Shown piece after piece: positions 19,047-28,816 of a stretch of DNA of 59,018 nt (positions within the stretch are counted from its first letter, which is position 1; the number at the start of each line of letters is the position of its first letter). Source of the DNA: a virus (Duplodnaviria; Caudoviricetes); IMG/VR virus record IMGVR_UViG_3300003279_000015, positions 1-59,018 of that record, one strand, 5' to 3'. The translations under genes and the position numbers were made by a program. Below the pieces are notes generated by a model, which saw only the letters and a list, made by a program, of their open reading frames with translations, made no database searches and was not told where the DNA came from.

Positions 19047-20882
19047 ATGCCGACAAACGACTTCCAGACGTTCGCAGGCTCCGGCTCGGCGAACGTCGTC
19101 TCGCAGGCGCAGTGGGAGGCTTTCACGTCCCTCCTGGCGGACGGCTTCATTGCCGGCACCGCGCGATCGGACCAGGCGAACAAGCTGTTCCGGCAGTTGT
19201 CGATCTTCACCGCCATGCTGGCGTCCTTCATCGTCGACCAGACCGGCGATGATGTGATCGACGATGGCGAAGCCGGTGTGGCGGCCATCCAGGCGTCCTT
19301 CGTCAACGCGGTGCAGAATGCGGCCGCTCAGGCGGGCGTGCCCTATGGCGACGACACCGGGGCGGCCAACGCGCTGGTCGCCAATGTCACGCCGGCACCT
19401 GGCGCGCTGGCCAACGGGCTGGCAGTGCTGATCAAGGTGGTGGCGGACAACACCGGCCCATCGACCCTGAACCTGCAGTCCTTCGGCGTGAAGAACATCG
19501 CCAACGCGGACGGCACCCCGCTGTCGCCTGGCCAGTTGACCGGCTCCGGATACGCGCTGTTCGTCTATGACGGAACGGTCTGGCAGATGATCAGCATGCC
19601 TGGCCCGGCCTTCTTCGCCAGCCTGCTCACCAGCGCCTCCTACACCGCGGTCGACTCCGGCAGCGCCAACACCATCGTCGCCGCCCTGGACACGCCGCCC
19701 GCCTCCCTGGCGTCGGTCCTCTACATCCCGATTTCGATCAAGGTCGCCGCGGCGAACACCGGCGCGACCACCCTCAACCTGAACTCGCTCGGCGCGACGC
19801 CGGTGCGCAACGTCGACTTCACGCCGCTGATCCCCGGCCAGATGGTCGCCGGCCAGAACCAGTTTGCCTATGACGGGACCTACTTCATCCTGCTCACCCC
19901 GCCCGGCCCGAAATTCGTCCAGCAGGGCGGCATCCACTATGCGGTCGCAGGGGGCACGGGCGACGCCATCACCGTCACCCTGAACCCCGTGCCGACCGCG
20001 CTCGCCGCTGGTTTCCCGGTGAACTTCAAGGCAACGGCGGACAATACCGGACCGACCACCATCAACGTGAACGGGCTGGGTGCTGCTGACATTCTCGACG
20101 CAGCCGGCGGTGCGCTGGCCGGCGGCGAGATCATCACCGATGGCATGTATTCGCTGCTCTACGATGGCAGCGATTTCCGCCTGGCGTCGACGCCGTCCAA
20201 CCTGGGCGGGGCCGGGCGCCTGGTCACCGTCACGCGCATGTCCGCCACCGGATCCTATTCGCCGAGCGCGGGCGCGTCGAAGATCCGGGTGCGCATGGGC
20301 GGCCCAGGTGGTGGCGGCGGTGGTGGCGCGGCCACCGGCGGCAGCCAGATCTCGCTGGGCGGCGGTGGCGGATCCGGCTCCTATGCGGAGGCTGAATTCC
20401 TCGTCTCTGCCATCACGGCTCCCGTCACCGTCACGCTGCCGGCCGGCGGCGCTGGCAACTCCGGCGCGGGTGGCTCCAATGGTGCGTCCGCCTCGTTCGG
20501 CTCCTACATCACCTGCCCGGGCGGCCAGGGCGGTTCCACCGTCACCGCGAACACCAGCGATCCTCCGGTTGCCCCAGGCGGCGCGCCTGCCTCCGTGGCG
20601 ACGGTGACGGGCGCGGTCTGGTCGGTGGTGTCCGGCGGCAACCCCGGTTCGCACGGCGTGGCGTCGGACTCGACGCTGGGGCGGACAGGCGGCGGCGGTG
20701 CGCCTGGTCCGTTCGGTGGTGGCGGTGCCACCCCGGCGAGCGGCGGTGGCGTCCACGCGGGCGGCAGCGCGGCCAGCGGGCCGGGTGCAGGCGGCGGTGG
20801 CTCCCTGAACCAGCCGAGCGGCGGGGCCCAGACAGGCGGCGCCGGTGGGGCAGCGTGGGCTATCATCGAGGAATTCTCGTGA
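19047..20882 (+). CDS. Tail fibre: three internal repeats plus C-terminal Gly-rich domain
   Basis: N-terminal TNDF..F....ANV.SQ..W anchor; three D/G.G.AN..V...NTG..T.N repeats; poly-Gly C-terminus ending IIEEFS. Confidence 0.8.
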   Translation: MPTNDFQTFAGSGSANVVSQAQWEAFTSLLADGFIAGTARSDQANKLFRQLSIFTAMLASFIVDQTGDDVIDDGEAGVAAIQASFVNAVQNAAAQAGVPYGDDTGAANALVANVTPAPGALANGLAVLIKVVADNTGPSTLNLQSFGVKNIANADGTPLSPGQLTGSGYALFVYDGTVWQMISMPGPAFFASLLTSASYTAVDSGSANTIVAALDTPPASLASVLYIPISIKVAAANTGATTLNLNSLGATPVRNVDFTPLIPGQMVAGQNQFAYDGTYFILLTPPGPKFVQQGGIHYAVAGGTGDAITVTLNPVPTALAAGFPVNFKATADNTGPTTINVNGLGAADILDAAGGALAGGEIITDGMYSLLYDGSDFRLASTPSNLGGAGRLVTVTRMSATGSYSPSAGASKIRVRMGGPGGGGGGGAATGGSQISLGGGGGSGSYAEAEFLVSAITAPVTVTLPAGGAGNSGAGGSNGASASFGSYITCPGGQGGSTVTANTSDPPVAPGGAPASVATVTGAVWSVVSGGNPGSHGVASDSTLGRTGGGGAPGPFGGGGATPASGGGVHAGGSAASGPGAGGGGSLNQPSGGAQTGGAGGAAWAIIEEFS

Positions 20883-21892
20883 TGCGCACGCTCATGCGGC
20901 TGGCCCTGGCGGCGCTCCTGGCGCTGTCCAGCGGCGCGGCAACCGCCCAGCAGATCAGCACCCTGCCCGCGGCGAGTGCCTTCAACGCCTCCGACCTCTT
21001 CCCCGCCACCCAGAACTTCACCAGCCCGGGCACCGGCACGACCCGCAAGGTCACCGGGGCGATGGTGCAGGCGTTCATCTCCGCGCAGATGCCGTCGATC
21101 ATGGCGTCGTCCTACGGGACGGTGCGCGGGTCGATCCTCCGCTACGGGGCGACCGGCTGGGAGAGCGTGCCGCCTGGCACGTCCGGCTATGTGTGGACCT
21201 CGGCCGGCACCGGCGCGGATCCGACCTGGCAGCAGGTGGCCCTGGCGCTGGACAACCTCACCGACGTCAACACCAGCGGCGTCAGCATCGGCAACACGAT
21301 CGTCTGGAACGGCACCGCCTGGGTTCCAGGGGCGGCAGGCGCCGGGACGGTGACCTCTGTCATCTGCGGCACCGGCCTGACGGGCGGCACCATCACCAGC
21401 ACGGGCACGTGCGCGGTGTCCTATGGCACGTCCTCGAACACTGCCCTGCAGGGCTCGACACGGGCCGCCGCCAACGGCGTGGCCAGCCTCGACGCGTCCA
21501 CGCTCGTCCCGGTGGCCCAACTGCCGCCAGCGGCCGTCCGGCGCGGGTTTTCGCAGCCGTTCCAGGGCGCGCCTACTGCCGGAGACCCGGACGTCTACCA
21601 GATCCCGACCGGCGCGGCGGCTGACGTGCCTGGCAGCACAGTGCCGACCGCCATCTGTCGGGTGAACCCAGCGGCGACCGTCACGTTCCTGGTGAAGAAG
21701 TGGACGGGCACCAGCAGCGCGTCGTCTTCGACCTTGTGCACCGGGTCGCTATCCACAAGCTGCGCGGTGTCGGGATGCTCCATCAGCGCCACCAGCTTTG
21801 CCGCCGGCGACGGCGTCTCGATCGAGGCGACGGAGGCAAGCGCCGACACCGCCGCGCGGTTCACGATCACCATTCCGTGGGACTGGAAATGA
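20882..21892 (+). CDS. Signal-peptide-bearing fibre-like protein
   Basis: MRTLMRLALAALLALSSGAATA|QQ; ISTLPAA, LDNLTDV, GTVTSV, NGVASLD fibre motifs; 6 Cys. Confidence 0.75.
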   Translation: MRTLMRLALAALLALSSGAATAQQISTLPAASAFNASDLFPATQNFTSPGTGTTRKVTGAMVQAFISAQMPSIMASSYGTVRGSILRYGATGWESVPPGTSGYVWTSAGTGADPTWQQVALALDNLTDVNTSGVSIGNTIVWNGTAWVPGAAGAGTVTSVICGTGLTGGTITSTGTCAVSYGTSSNTALQGSTRAAANGVASLDASTLVPVAQLPPAAVRRGFSQPFQGAPTAGDPDVYQIPTGAAADVPGSTVPTAICRVNPAATVTFLVKKWTGTSSASSSTLCTGSLSTSCAVSGCSISATSFAAGDGVSIEATEASADTAARFTITIPWDWK

Positions 21893-23310
21893 TGCGTCGT
21901 CACGTTCTCCGCATGTTAATCGTCGCGATCGGCGTCATGGCGGCATCGTCCGTCTGGGCGCAGGCGGTATGGGACGCGACGTTCGGTGGGCCGGGTATTG
22001 CCTACAGCAACGGCAACAAGACGGCGTCTGGCCAGGGCACGCGGGTTTCCCTGGCGATCGATTTCGGCGCAAAGCGCCTTTTTGCCCGCGCCCCTTACGA
22101 CGGCCGCTGGCGTGGTGCGGCTGGCAGTGTGAATGCCGACATCTCGCTGGTGACGGGCTTCGACATCAGTTCCTTCGGCACGGCGGCGATGGCGATTGCT
22201 GTTTCCATATCGAATTCCCTGGGTGTGAAGATACACACCGGCGGCACAATCCAAAGTCCATTCCCTGCGGGATACGTATCGCCCGAGACGGCATGCGGCG
22301 CGGCCGTTTCATTCACGTCCTCGGCCATCGGCGCCAATGTCACCCTGTCGGGGTCGAATATGATTGCCACCACCGGCACGTCGGCCGGCGGAAATGGTGT
22401 CAAGACGGATTGCACAATCGCTCTCGGAACGGCTGTGCAGGTGATGGTGGAGCTGGAGCTTCCGGCACCCGGCGCGTCGTGGTCCACGGAGTACAATTTC
22501 GGTCTCGTGACCTCGGCATGGGATGGAACAAAGAGTGTGCACTACACGGCCGGGGAGGCTGTTGGTTGGTGGTCCTCTTCGTGCTGCACGCCGGCGTGGC
22601 CGTTTGATCAGACGCTCGTGCGCATGGACAACGGGAATATCCCGGGGTGGACAGACGCAAGCGACTTTGCCCGCCCTGTGGTGTCAACGGCTGTGCCGAT
22701 CACCAGCGGCAAAAAGGTCTACTATGAAGTCAAGATCGATGCGACGGCTGGCGGGTTTATCGTAGGCATCGCTGATGGTGCCATGCCACCGATCGACACC
22801 ACGGCCCAGCGGCGTGCCTATCCAGGCAATTCGACTTATGGTGGGATCGGTATAACTTCCGCGACACTCAATGGGTCGACATCCAGCGCCACCATTCCGA
22901 CATTCGCGGATGGGGATGTAATCGGCTTTGCGGTCGACACCACCACCAGCCCGGCCGGCGTCTGGGCGCGCATGAATATCAGCGGCACACCGACATGGGT
23001 TGGCGGTGGCAGTGGGTGCTCCCCGATCAATCCCGTCACCGGCCAGTGTCCCTTCCTCAACGCGGCGCTGTCCTCATCAACGCTCTACCCGGCCGGCGCT
23101 GTCTACTCTCAGTCGTCAAACGCCGGTGGCACGATCAGCATCAACGGCGGCACCACGGCATTCACCTTCGGACCACCTTCCGGGTTCTGCGCGCTCGATC
23201 AGACTTCCGGATGCTCTTCGCCGCGTCCACGCGGCATGATCTGGGGCTTCCGGCTTCCACCCCGCCCGGCAAACGACAACGCCGGCACAGAGTGCAGGAT
23301 GGCAGGATAA
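21889..23310 (+). CDS. Signal-peptide-bearing SPRY/B30.2-like putative receptor-binding protein
   Basis: MMRRHVLRMLIVAIGVMAASSVWA|Q; KKVYYEVKID, GDVIGFAVD, LYPA, F...PPSGF; 9 Cys; more AT-rich. Confidence 0.7.
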   Translation: MMRRHVLRMLIVAIGVMAASSVWAQAVWDATFGGPGIAYSNGNKTASGQGTRVSLAIDFGAKRLFARAPYDGRWRGAAGSVNADISLVTGFDISSFGTAAMAIAVSISNSLGVKIHTGGTIQSPFPAGYVSPETACGAAVSFTSSAIGANVTLSGSNMIATTGTSAGGNGVKTDCTIALGTAVQVMVELELPAPGASWSTEYNFGLVTSAWDGTKSVHYTAGEAVGWWSSSCCTPAWPFDQTLVRMDNGNIPGWTDASDFARPVVSTAVPITSGKKVYYEVKIDATAGGFIVGIADGAMPPIDTTAQRRAYPGNSTYGGIGITSATLNGSTSSATIPTFADGDVIGFAVDTTTSPAGVWARMNISGTPTWVGGGSGCSPINPVTGQCPFLNAALSSSTLYPAGAVYSQSSNAGGTISINGGTTAFTFGPPSGFCALDQTSGCSSPRPRGMIWGFRLPPRPANDNAGTECRMAG

Positions 23311-23795
23311 TGAGCGCGACAACGGAGGATGGCGATATGCCCCGCCGCACATTGCTGGCCCGGGATGTGTTCCCGGCCTGGCTGTCCGCTGGCCCGTGGC
23401 CCTACGAGGTCGGCCTGACGTTCCTCATGATCTGGTTCGCGGACTGCCTGCGGGTGGCGGAGGAACTGCTCCCGCGCTATGGCGACTCGCCGTTTTTCGG
23501 GTGGGTGCTGACGAGCGGTCGCGTGCCAGTTGGGCTGCTCGTTCTGTTCGCAGCCGTGATCCTGCTCATTGGCCTGCTGCTGACGATCCATGATATGCGC
23601 GCCCAGGCGCGGCCATTCCGTGCGGCCGGTGTGCTGCTGTGCTGTGCGATCTTCGTGACGCTTGCTATCGCGTTCCTCTGGACGTTCGACCACTCCCTGG
23701 CTGGCGGCGCCTACGCATTCCTCGCGTGGCGCTCGTTCTGTGTCGGCGTTCGTCTCGCCGTGGAGCGCGCCGATGATGCCTCACAACTCGCCTGA
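23310..23795 (+). CDS. Multi-pass membrane protein (alternative start 23337)
   Basis: About four hydrophobic segments; next to the holin. Confidence 0.65.
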   Translation: MSATTEDGDMPRRTLLARDVFPAWLSAGPWPYEVGLTFLMIWFADCLRVAEELLPRYGDSPFFGWVLTSGRVPVGLLVLFAAVILLIGLLLTIHDMRAQARPFRAAGVLLCCAIFVTLAIAFLWTFDHSLAGGAYAFLAWRSFCVGVRLAVERADDASQLA

Positions 23796-24096
23796 GCCGG
23801 CCTTCGACCTCTTCACGTTCCTGATCGCGGCGCTGGGAGGGATTCTGGGGCGCGTCGTCGCAATGACGGAAGAGCGGCGCAACCCGATCTCGTGGTCCCT
23901 CGTCTGGGAGATCCCGGCCGGCGTCGCTGGCGGAATCATCGGTCACGGAATCGGCCTGCATTTCGAATTGAACAGTTGGGCGCTGCTCGGCTGCGCGATC
24001 GTCTGCGGGATCCTGGGGCCGAAGGCGGTGATGTTCGTTTTCTACCAGCGGACCCTTCGCCGGGTGCGTGCCCGCGCCAGGAACGACGCCTGCTGA
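23773..24096 (+). CDS. Holin-like protein (LydA-type)
   Basis: A.LGGILGR, WEIP, G.LGP; about three TM segments; basic C-terminus. Confidence 0.65.
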   Translation: MMPHNSPEPAFDLFTFLIAALGGILGRVVAMTEERRNPISWSLVWEIPAGVAGGIIGHGIGLHFELNSWALLGCAIVCGILGPKAVMFVFYQRTLRRVRARARNDAC

Positions 24097-24178
24097 TCGA
24101 ACTGCTACCGCCGCCGGCGTGGCGGGTGATATATCCTCCCTCAACCCTTCCGGCTTCTATGCCCAGGAGATCGCTGCA

Positions 24179-24823
24179 ATGACCGGCTTTTCCGATCGGA
24201 CGGCTCAAGGCGTCCTCGACCACGTCACCGGCAAGGCGGCGATGTTCGCGCGTGTCACCCCGGTTTACCTCGCGCTGTTCACCGCCGTTGGCACCGATGC
24301 CGGCACCGGGTTCACCGAAGTGAGTGGCGGCAGCTATGCGCGGGTGTCGATGGCGGCCTCGGACTGGAACGCGGCGTCGGGCACTTCGCCCAGCAGCGCC
24401 GACAATGCCAACGCGGCGGCGTTCCCGACATCGACCGCGGACTGGGGCACGGTGATCGCCTGGGGCATCTATGACGCCGCCAGCGCTGGCAATCTGCTGA
24501 TGTGGGATTTCCTGGGCGACTATGACTGGAAGCCCTTTTCCTGCACGTCCGCGACGCCTGGTGTTCTCACGTCGCCGGCGCATGGCTACAGCAACGGCGA
24601 TTCCGTTGTCGTCACCGCCGAGTATGGCGGCGCGCTGCCGACCACTGGCGGAAGCTGGTCTGGCATCAAGACGGTGGCGAGCGCGACGACAGACACGTTC
24701 ACCGCGGGCGTGAACACCACCGGCACCGGCAGCGGCATGGTGCGCAAGGTGACGCAGCAGGCTATTCCGTCCGGCATCACGCCGTCCTTTGCGTCGGGCC
24801 AGATCACGCTGCTGGCAGCGTAG
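24179..24823 (+). CDS. Fibre-associated structural protein (second fibre module)
   Basis: YLALFT, EVSGGSYAR, FP..TA.WGT...GIYDAA.AGN.L; AGGAG RBS. Confidence 0.7.
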   Translation: MTGFSDRTAQGVLDHVTGKAAMFARVTPVYLALFTAVGTDAGTGFTEVSGGSYARVSMAASDWNAASGTSPSSADNANAAAFPTSTADWGTVIAWGIYDAASAGNLLMWDFLGDYDWKPFSCTSATPGVLTSPAHGYSNGDSVVVTAEYGGALPTTGGSWSGIKTVASATTDTFTAGVNTTGTGSGMVRKVTQQAIPSGITPSFASGQITLLAA

Positions 24824-24832
24824 GAGAGCGAC

Positions 24833-25363
24833 ATGCTCGACGCCGAGATTATCAAGGCGGAAATCGCTCAACACCCGGAATGGGACAAGTTGTCCGATGG
24901 CGAAATCCTGAAGGAGTTGCACGCGATCAGGCGTTCCAAACGCCGGCCAATTCCGGCCGAAGAGGTCAAGAAGTTGTGGTCTCGGGAGATGGTGCTGGCG
25001 GCGTGCTGGGTAATCGCCAACACCGCTCCGCCCGCCGATCTCAAGCCGGAGCAAGTCGCGGGTTTCTTTGAAATGCGCGTGGTCTGTTACCAGACCTATT
25101 ACAATCTGGATCGCAACCTTTTCAAAGACCTTGACCTCGACGACATCGACCAGGGGCCGCTGATCCAGCGATACCTTGCCGGTCTGGTGCAGGCTGGCGC
25201 CCTATCGGCGGAATTGCGTGATCGCACGCTTGCGCTCGCCGACATCGATGCGGCTCCATTCGCTGATGCGGAACAACGTGACGTCTGGCTTGCGCGTGGC
25301 CAGCCCGAGGCGAAGGACGTTGCAACAGACACGGCGAGTGCCGTTGAAGCGCCGGTGGTTTAG
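24833..25363 (+). CDS. Hypothetical protein (fibre module)
   Basis: AGGAGAG RBS; intact ORF. Confidence 0.65.
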   Translation: MLDAEIIKAEIAQHPEWDKLSDGEILKELHAIRRSKRRPIPAEEVKKLWSREMVLAACWVIANTAPPADLKPEQVAGFFEMRVVCYQTYYNLDRNLFKDLDLDDIDQGPLIQRYLAGLVQAGALSAELRDRTLALADIDAAPFADAEQRDVWLARGQPEAKDVATDTASAVEAPVV

Positions 25364-25365
25364 CC

Positions 25366-25863
25366 ATGGCAAATCCATTTAGCATTGGCTCGCTCACGAC
25401 GCTGCCGAGAGGCGCGGGCGCGGGCACGGACAACATCACGGGCAAGGCGTCCTCTGGATCGAAGATCGCCCTTGGCCTTGGTAAAGTCGATTGGAGCAGC
25501 GCCGTTCCATATGACGGCATGGTCCAGATGAAAGTGAAGACCAACGCCACCACCCCTACTGGCAACAAGATCCTTTCGCTGTATCTGATCACGTCTCTGG
25601 ACGGGACGATTTTCACCGATGGCATCGATCCTGACAGCGCCTCGGATCAGTCCTCAAAGATCAACCAGGCGCTTTGCGTGGGCATCTTCACCAACATTGC
25701 CGCGTCCACGACTTACTATTTCGACACGATCGATATTCCAGCGATTCTCGGCTACATCCCGCTTTATTGGGCGATCGTCTGGCAGCTTGACGTGACCGCT
25801 GGTGGTTTTTCCTCGACCGCAGGCGATCACTCGACGAAGTCTCTCCAAGAGTCGTATGCGTGA
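25366..25863 (+). CDS. Beta-rich hypothetical structural protein
   Basis: Intact ORF; S.DGT.F.D and LG..P..W motifs. Confidence 0.6.
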   Translation: MANPFSIGSLTTLPRGAGAGTDNITGKASSGSKIALGLGKVDWSSAVPYDGMVQMKVKTNATTPTGNKILSLYLITSLDGTIFTDGIDPDSASDQSSKINQALCVGIFTNIAASTTYYFDTIDIPAILGYIPLYWAIVWQLDVTAGGFSSTAGDHSTKSLQESYA

Positions 25864-25872
25864 AGGTGCGCC

Positions 25873-26586
25873 ATGCCGTATGTCTGGCGCCCTAACAGGT
25901 TCCGCATCCTGCCTGTCGCGCGGGATTTCACTGCATCTGGATCGAATGTAAATTTCACAGGCTTCCGGGCGGTCACTAATGTCACCCCGAATGACGGCGG
26001 CGATTGGACCATCATGGCCTGGGCCATGACAACCACAGCCGACCAGCAGACTCCGGCGGCCCAGATGGGCAACAGTGGCTCTGTGATGGAATGCGCGATG
26101 TATCTTGACGGATCCCGCATCTCTATTCTTACCGCTTTGCCGCCTGGATACCATTTCAGTGGTTCTGGACCGACCTATCAGACCAATCGATGGGAGTGCT
26201 TTTTGGCCGGCGGAACAAGCAACGGCTGGGCATCCTATACGCGATCCGCAGATACATACTATTTCGTATCGACAGGAAATCAGCGAGTGACCCCCGGTGG
26301 AACTGGTCTGACTGTCATTGGCCCTCAGCCGAGCGATCCGAGTAAACGCTGGCGCGGCCCGATCGGGATGGTCGCGATCTGGGGGGCTTTTCTCAACGAG
26401 ACAGAGGCAAAGGCGCTCGGACACGGCGTTGCGCCGTGGAACGTCAGGCGGTCCAAGCTGCGGTTTCTGTGGGCGCCCAGAACGCAGGCCGGCCCTGATC
26501 TCGATCTAATCGGGCGTCGTGTCGGAACGCAGTCCGGTAGTCCGACGCTCGCCGCGTTTCCAGCGCGCGGTCTGATCCGTCCATGA
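25873..26586 (+). CDS. LamG/ConA-like jelly-roll protein
   Basis: WTIMAW, G.I..VAIW...L...E..AL..G. Confidence 0.6.
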   Translation: MPYVWRPNRFRILPVARDFTASGSNVNFTGFRAVTNVTPNDGGDWTIMAWAMTTTADQQTPAAQMGNSGSVMECAMYLDGSRISILTALPPGYHFSGSGPTYQTNRWECFLAGGTSNGWASYTRSADTYYFVSTGNQRVTPGGTGLTVIGPQPSDPSKRWRGPIGMVAIWGAFLNETEAKALGHGVAPWNVRRSKLRFLWAPRTQAGPDLDLIGRRVGTQSGSPTLAAFPARGLIRP

Positions 26587-27275
26587 GGCATCGCCTCTAT
26601 TTCAGCAATGCCCCCACCCCTGTGGCCCTCGAGGGGCGGGCAACAGCCGGTGGCCGCGCGCAGGCATCGCTTGCCGCCGCCGCCGCTCTCGAGGCTCGCG
26701 CGCGATCGGCGTCCAGCGGTCGCGCAGGTGCAACAGCTTCCGCGTCGCTGCGGGCCCGGGGCGCCGCCGCATCCTCCGCCAGGAGTGACCCGGCCCTCGC
26801 GGCCCTGATGGGCGCGCGCGGCGCTGCTGCTGGCCGCGCTGGCGCCGCTCCAACAGCCGCCGCGCTCCTGGCAGCCCGAGGATCCGCCGCGGCACAGGGC
26901 GGCGCTGTGCCGGGCCTGGCGGCGGCGCTCGCCGGCCGCGCAGCAGCCGCGTCCTCCGCGCCCAGCAACCTGGTCGCTGCAATGATGCTTTCCGGCCGGA
27001 GCCTGGCCGGGTCCTCCGCCGCCGCTGGTGCGTCCTATGCCCTGCCGCTGTCCGCGCGCGCGCTGAGCGGTGCCGGCGGACGGGCGGGCCTGGCTGGCAC
27101 CACGGCGCTGTCCGGCCGGTCCACGGCGATGTCGTGGATGGCGGTGTTCTATGGCGGCCGAACCTATGTCGACGGGCTGCTGCTCACTGCGCGGCCTTCG
27201 ACGTTCGTGCTAGAGGCTGAACCCGATTCCTGGGTGCTTTCCGCCCGCCGGAGCCGGTGGGTTCTGTCCCGATAG
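26583..27275 (+). CDS. Ala-rich repeat fibre shaft
   Basis: About nine repeats of ~20 aa, L.(A/G)R....... Confidence 0.6.
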   Translation: MRHRLYFSNAPTPVALEGRATAGGRAQASLAAAAALEARARSASSGRAGATASASLRARGAAASSARSDPALAALMGARGAAAGRAGAAPTAAALLAARGSAAAQGGAVPGLAAALAGRAAAASSAPSNLVAAMMLSGRSLAGSSAAAGASYALPLSARALSGAGGRAGLAGTTALSGRSTAMSWMAVFYGGRTYVDGLLLTARPSTFVLEAEPDSWVLSARRSRWVLSR

Positions 27276-27288
27276 GAGAGAACGCGAC

Positions 27289-27627
27289 ATGCCGACCAGT
27301 CCTCTGATGACCTATCCCATGGTTGCGCCAGGCGAGAAGCGACCGATCTGGTTCGACTATGCGCCGGAACTGCCGGACGGGCTGACGATCGTCAGTGTCA
27401 CCGCCGAACTGACCGGTACCGGCATCGAACTCGAGGGCGATCCATTGATCGGAACGCTCAACGAGGCGCAGGACGAATTCACCGAGGATCCGGATGGCCT
27501 GGTCGTGCAGCAGATGATCTCCGTCACCGGCAGCCGTGGCATCCCGTTCATTACATTCACCGTGGTGCTGTCGAACGACGACGAGATCCCGCGGAGCGGC
27601 TTGTTGCCGATCGGTTACCGTACGTGA
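27289..27627 (+). CDS. Fibre-tail adaptor-like protein
   Basis: PGEKR...FDY..EL.DG.TI.S; AGGAGAG RBS. Confidence 0.55.
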   Translation: MPTSPLMTYPMVAPGEKRPIWFDYAPELPDGLTIVSVTAELTGTGIELEGDPLIGTLNEAQDEFTEDPDGLVVQQMISVTGSRGIPFITFTVVLSNDDEIPRSGLLPIGYRT

Positions 27628-27693
27628 GGCTGACGGCATCGTGATAGACCGCCCTCGGGTGACGGTGTAGAACCGTCGCTCCGGAGGAACCCC

Positions 27694-28308
27694 ATGTCTG
27701 AATGCCGTTTCCTCAAGTCCGTCGCAATGATGCTCCGCGGCCTGCTGCGGATGATCAACGACCGGATCGATCATTGCTGCCGGCCCGAACGTCCTGGTCG
27801 CGTGATGGTGGCAGGGCGAGGGTTTCACATCGTTTCCAACCTGAAGGAGTGCTTCGCCTTGACCCAGAAGATCGAAGGCATCGCCATCCGTGGCGATATC
27901 CCGGGTGCCAACCCGGCCTATGTCACCAATGGCGCCGTGGTGATCATGAATTCCGCGACGCCGCCGAAGCCGCTCAACCCGCAGCCGCCGTACCACACCC
28001 TGGGCGTGAGCTTCGAGGGTCTGAAGGGTGGTTATGTGGCGGAAACCGGCCAGGTCGCCATCATCCCCGACGACGATCAGCCGCCTGGCGCGCCCTGGAA
28101 GGTCGCCGTCTCTGCCGTCGAAACCGGCACCGAGGACGATTTCGAATGGAGCGGGTTCTACACCGATGACGTTGCGGGCGGCGTTGACGGTCTGGCGGCA
28201 GGCGACCTCTCCATGGTCACCGAGCGTCCCGCCGCGGCCGTTGCGCCGCCGCCGCCGGCGCCCGATCCGCAGCCTGATCCGGCACCGGAGCCTGACCCGA
28301 ACGCCTGA
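27694..28308 (+). CDS. Hypothetical protein with Pro-rich C-terminus
   Basis: GGAGGA RBS; PAPDPQPDP tail. Confidence 0.6.
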   Translation: MSECRFLKSVAMMLRGLLRMINDRIDHCCRPERPGRVMVAGRGFHIVSNLKECFALTQKIEGIAIRGDIPGANPAYVTNGAVVIMNSATPPKPLNPQPPYHTLGVSFEGLKGGYVAETGQVAIIPDDDQPPGAPWKVAVSAVETGTEDDFEWSGFYTDDVAGGVDGLAAGDLSMVTERPAAAVAPPPPAPDPQPDPAPEPDPNA

Positions 28309-28337
28309 ACGCCAACCGTTCAGGCGACCTTGCAAGG

Positions 28338-28375
28338 ACAAGCCCGCTGGGAAACCGGCGGGCTTGTTGCTTTTT
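28338..28375 (+). terminator. Rho-independent terminator
   Basis: CAAGCCCGCTGG-GAAA-CCGGCGGGCTTG stem followed by a T-rich tail. Confidence 0.75.
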
Positions 28376-28438
28376 GAGACGGATGGCGTGCAGAATGCGC
28401 GCGCACGGAACCCGCACTTCCGAAAGGGCACCCATTTC

Positions 28439-28816
28439 ATGCTCCGAAATATCGCTGAGACCGTCGCGCCGGTCCTGCTGCCGATCGTCATCGCCTGGTT
28501 TGCGGAGTTGTTGCGTCGGTTCCTCAATGTCCAGGCGGACAGCGAGGCGGGAAAGGCAATCAATCTCGCGGCCGAGCGCGCGGCGGGGCGAGTCTACCAG
28601 CACGCCATCCAGGCGGGCGTTCCGCTGACGGACACTCGCACGCTCAACAAGCTGGCGGTCGACGCCGCTCGGGACGCCGAGCTTCGTGTTGGTTCCGCCA
28701 TGACGCGCCGCCGTGTCGGGACCTCTGAATTCGCCGCGATGGTCCAGGGCGCATTCGCGCGCGCTCTGGTGACAGATCCAACCATTACCGGGCCGCAGCC
28801 CGGTCCAAGGGAGTGA
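28439..28816 (+). CDS. Single-TM holin-like membrane protein
   Basis: N-terminal TM segment then helical AINLAAERAA region. Confidence 0.55.
   Translation: MLRNIAETVAPVLLPIVIAWFAELLRRFLNVQADSEAGKAINLAAERAAGRVYQHAIQAGVPLTDTRTLNKLAVDAARDAELRVGSAMTRRRVGTSEFAAMVQGAFARALVTDPTITGPQPGPRE

Noticed and set aside
19047-27275. Diversity-generating retroelement or invertible fibre cassette
   Set aside because: No reverse transcriptase, invertase or near-identical TR/VR repeat pair seen.
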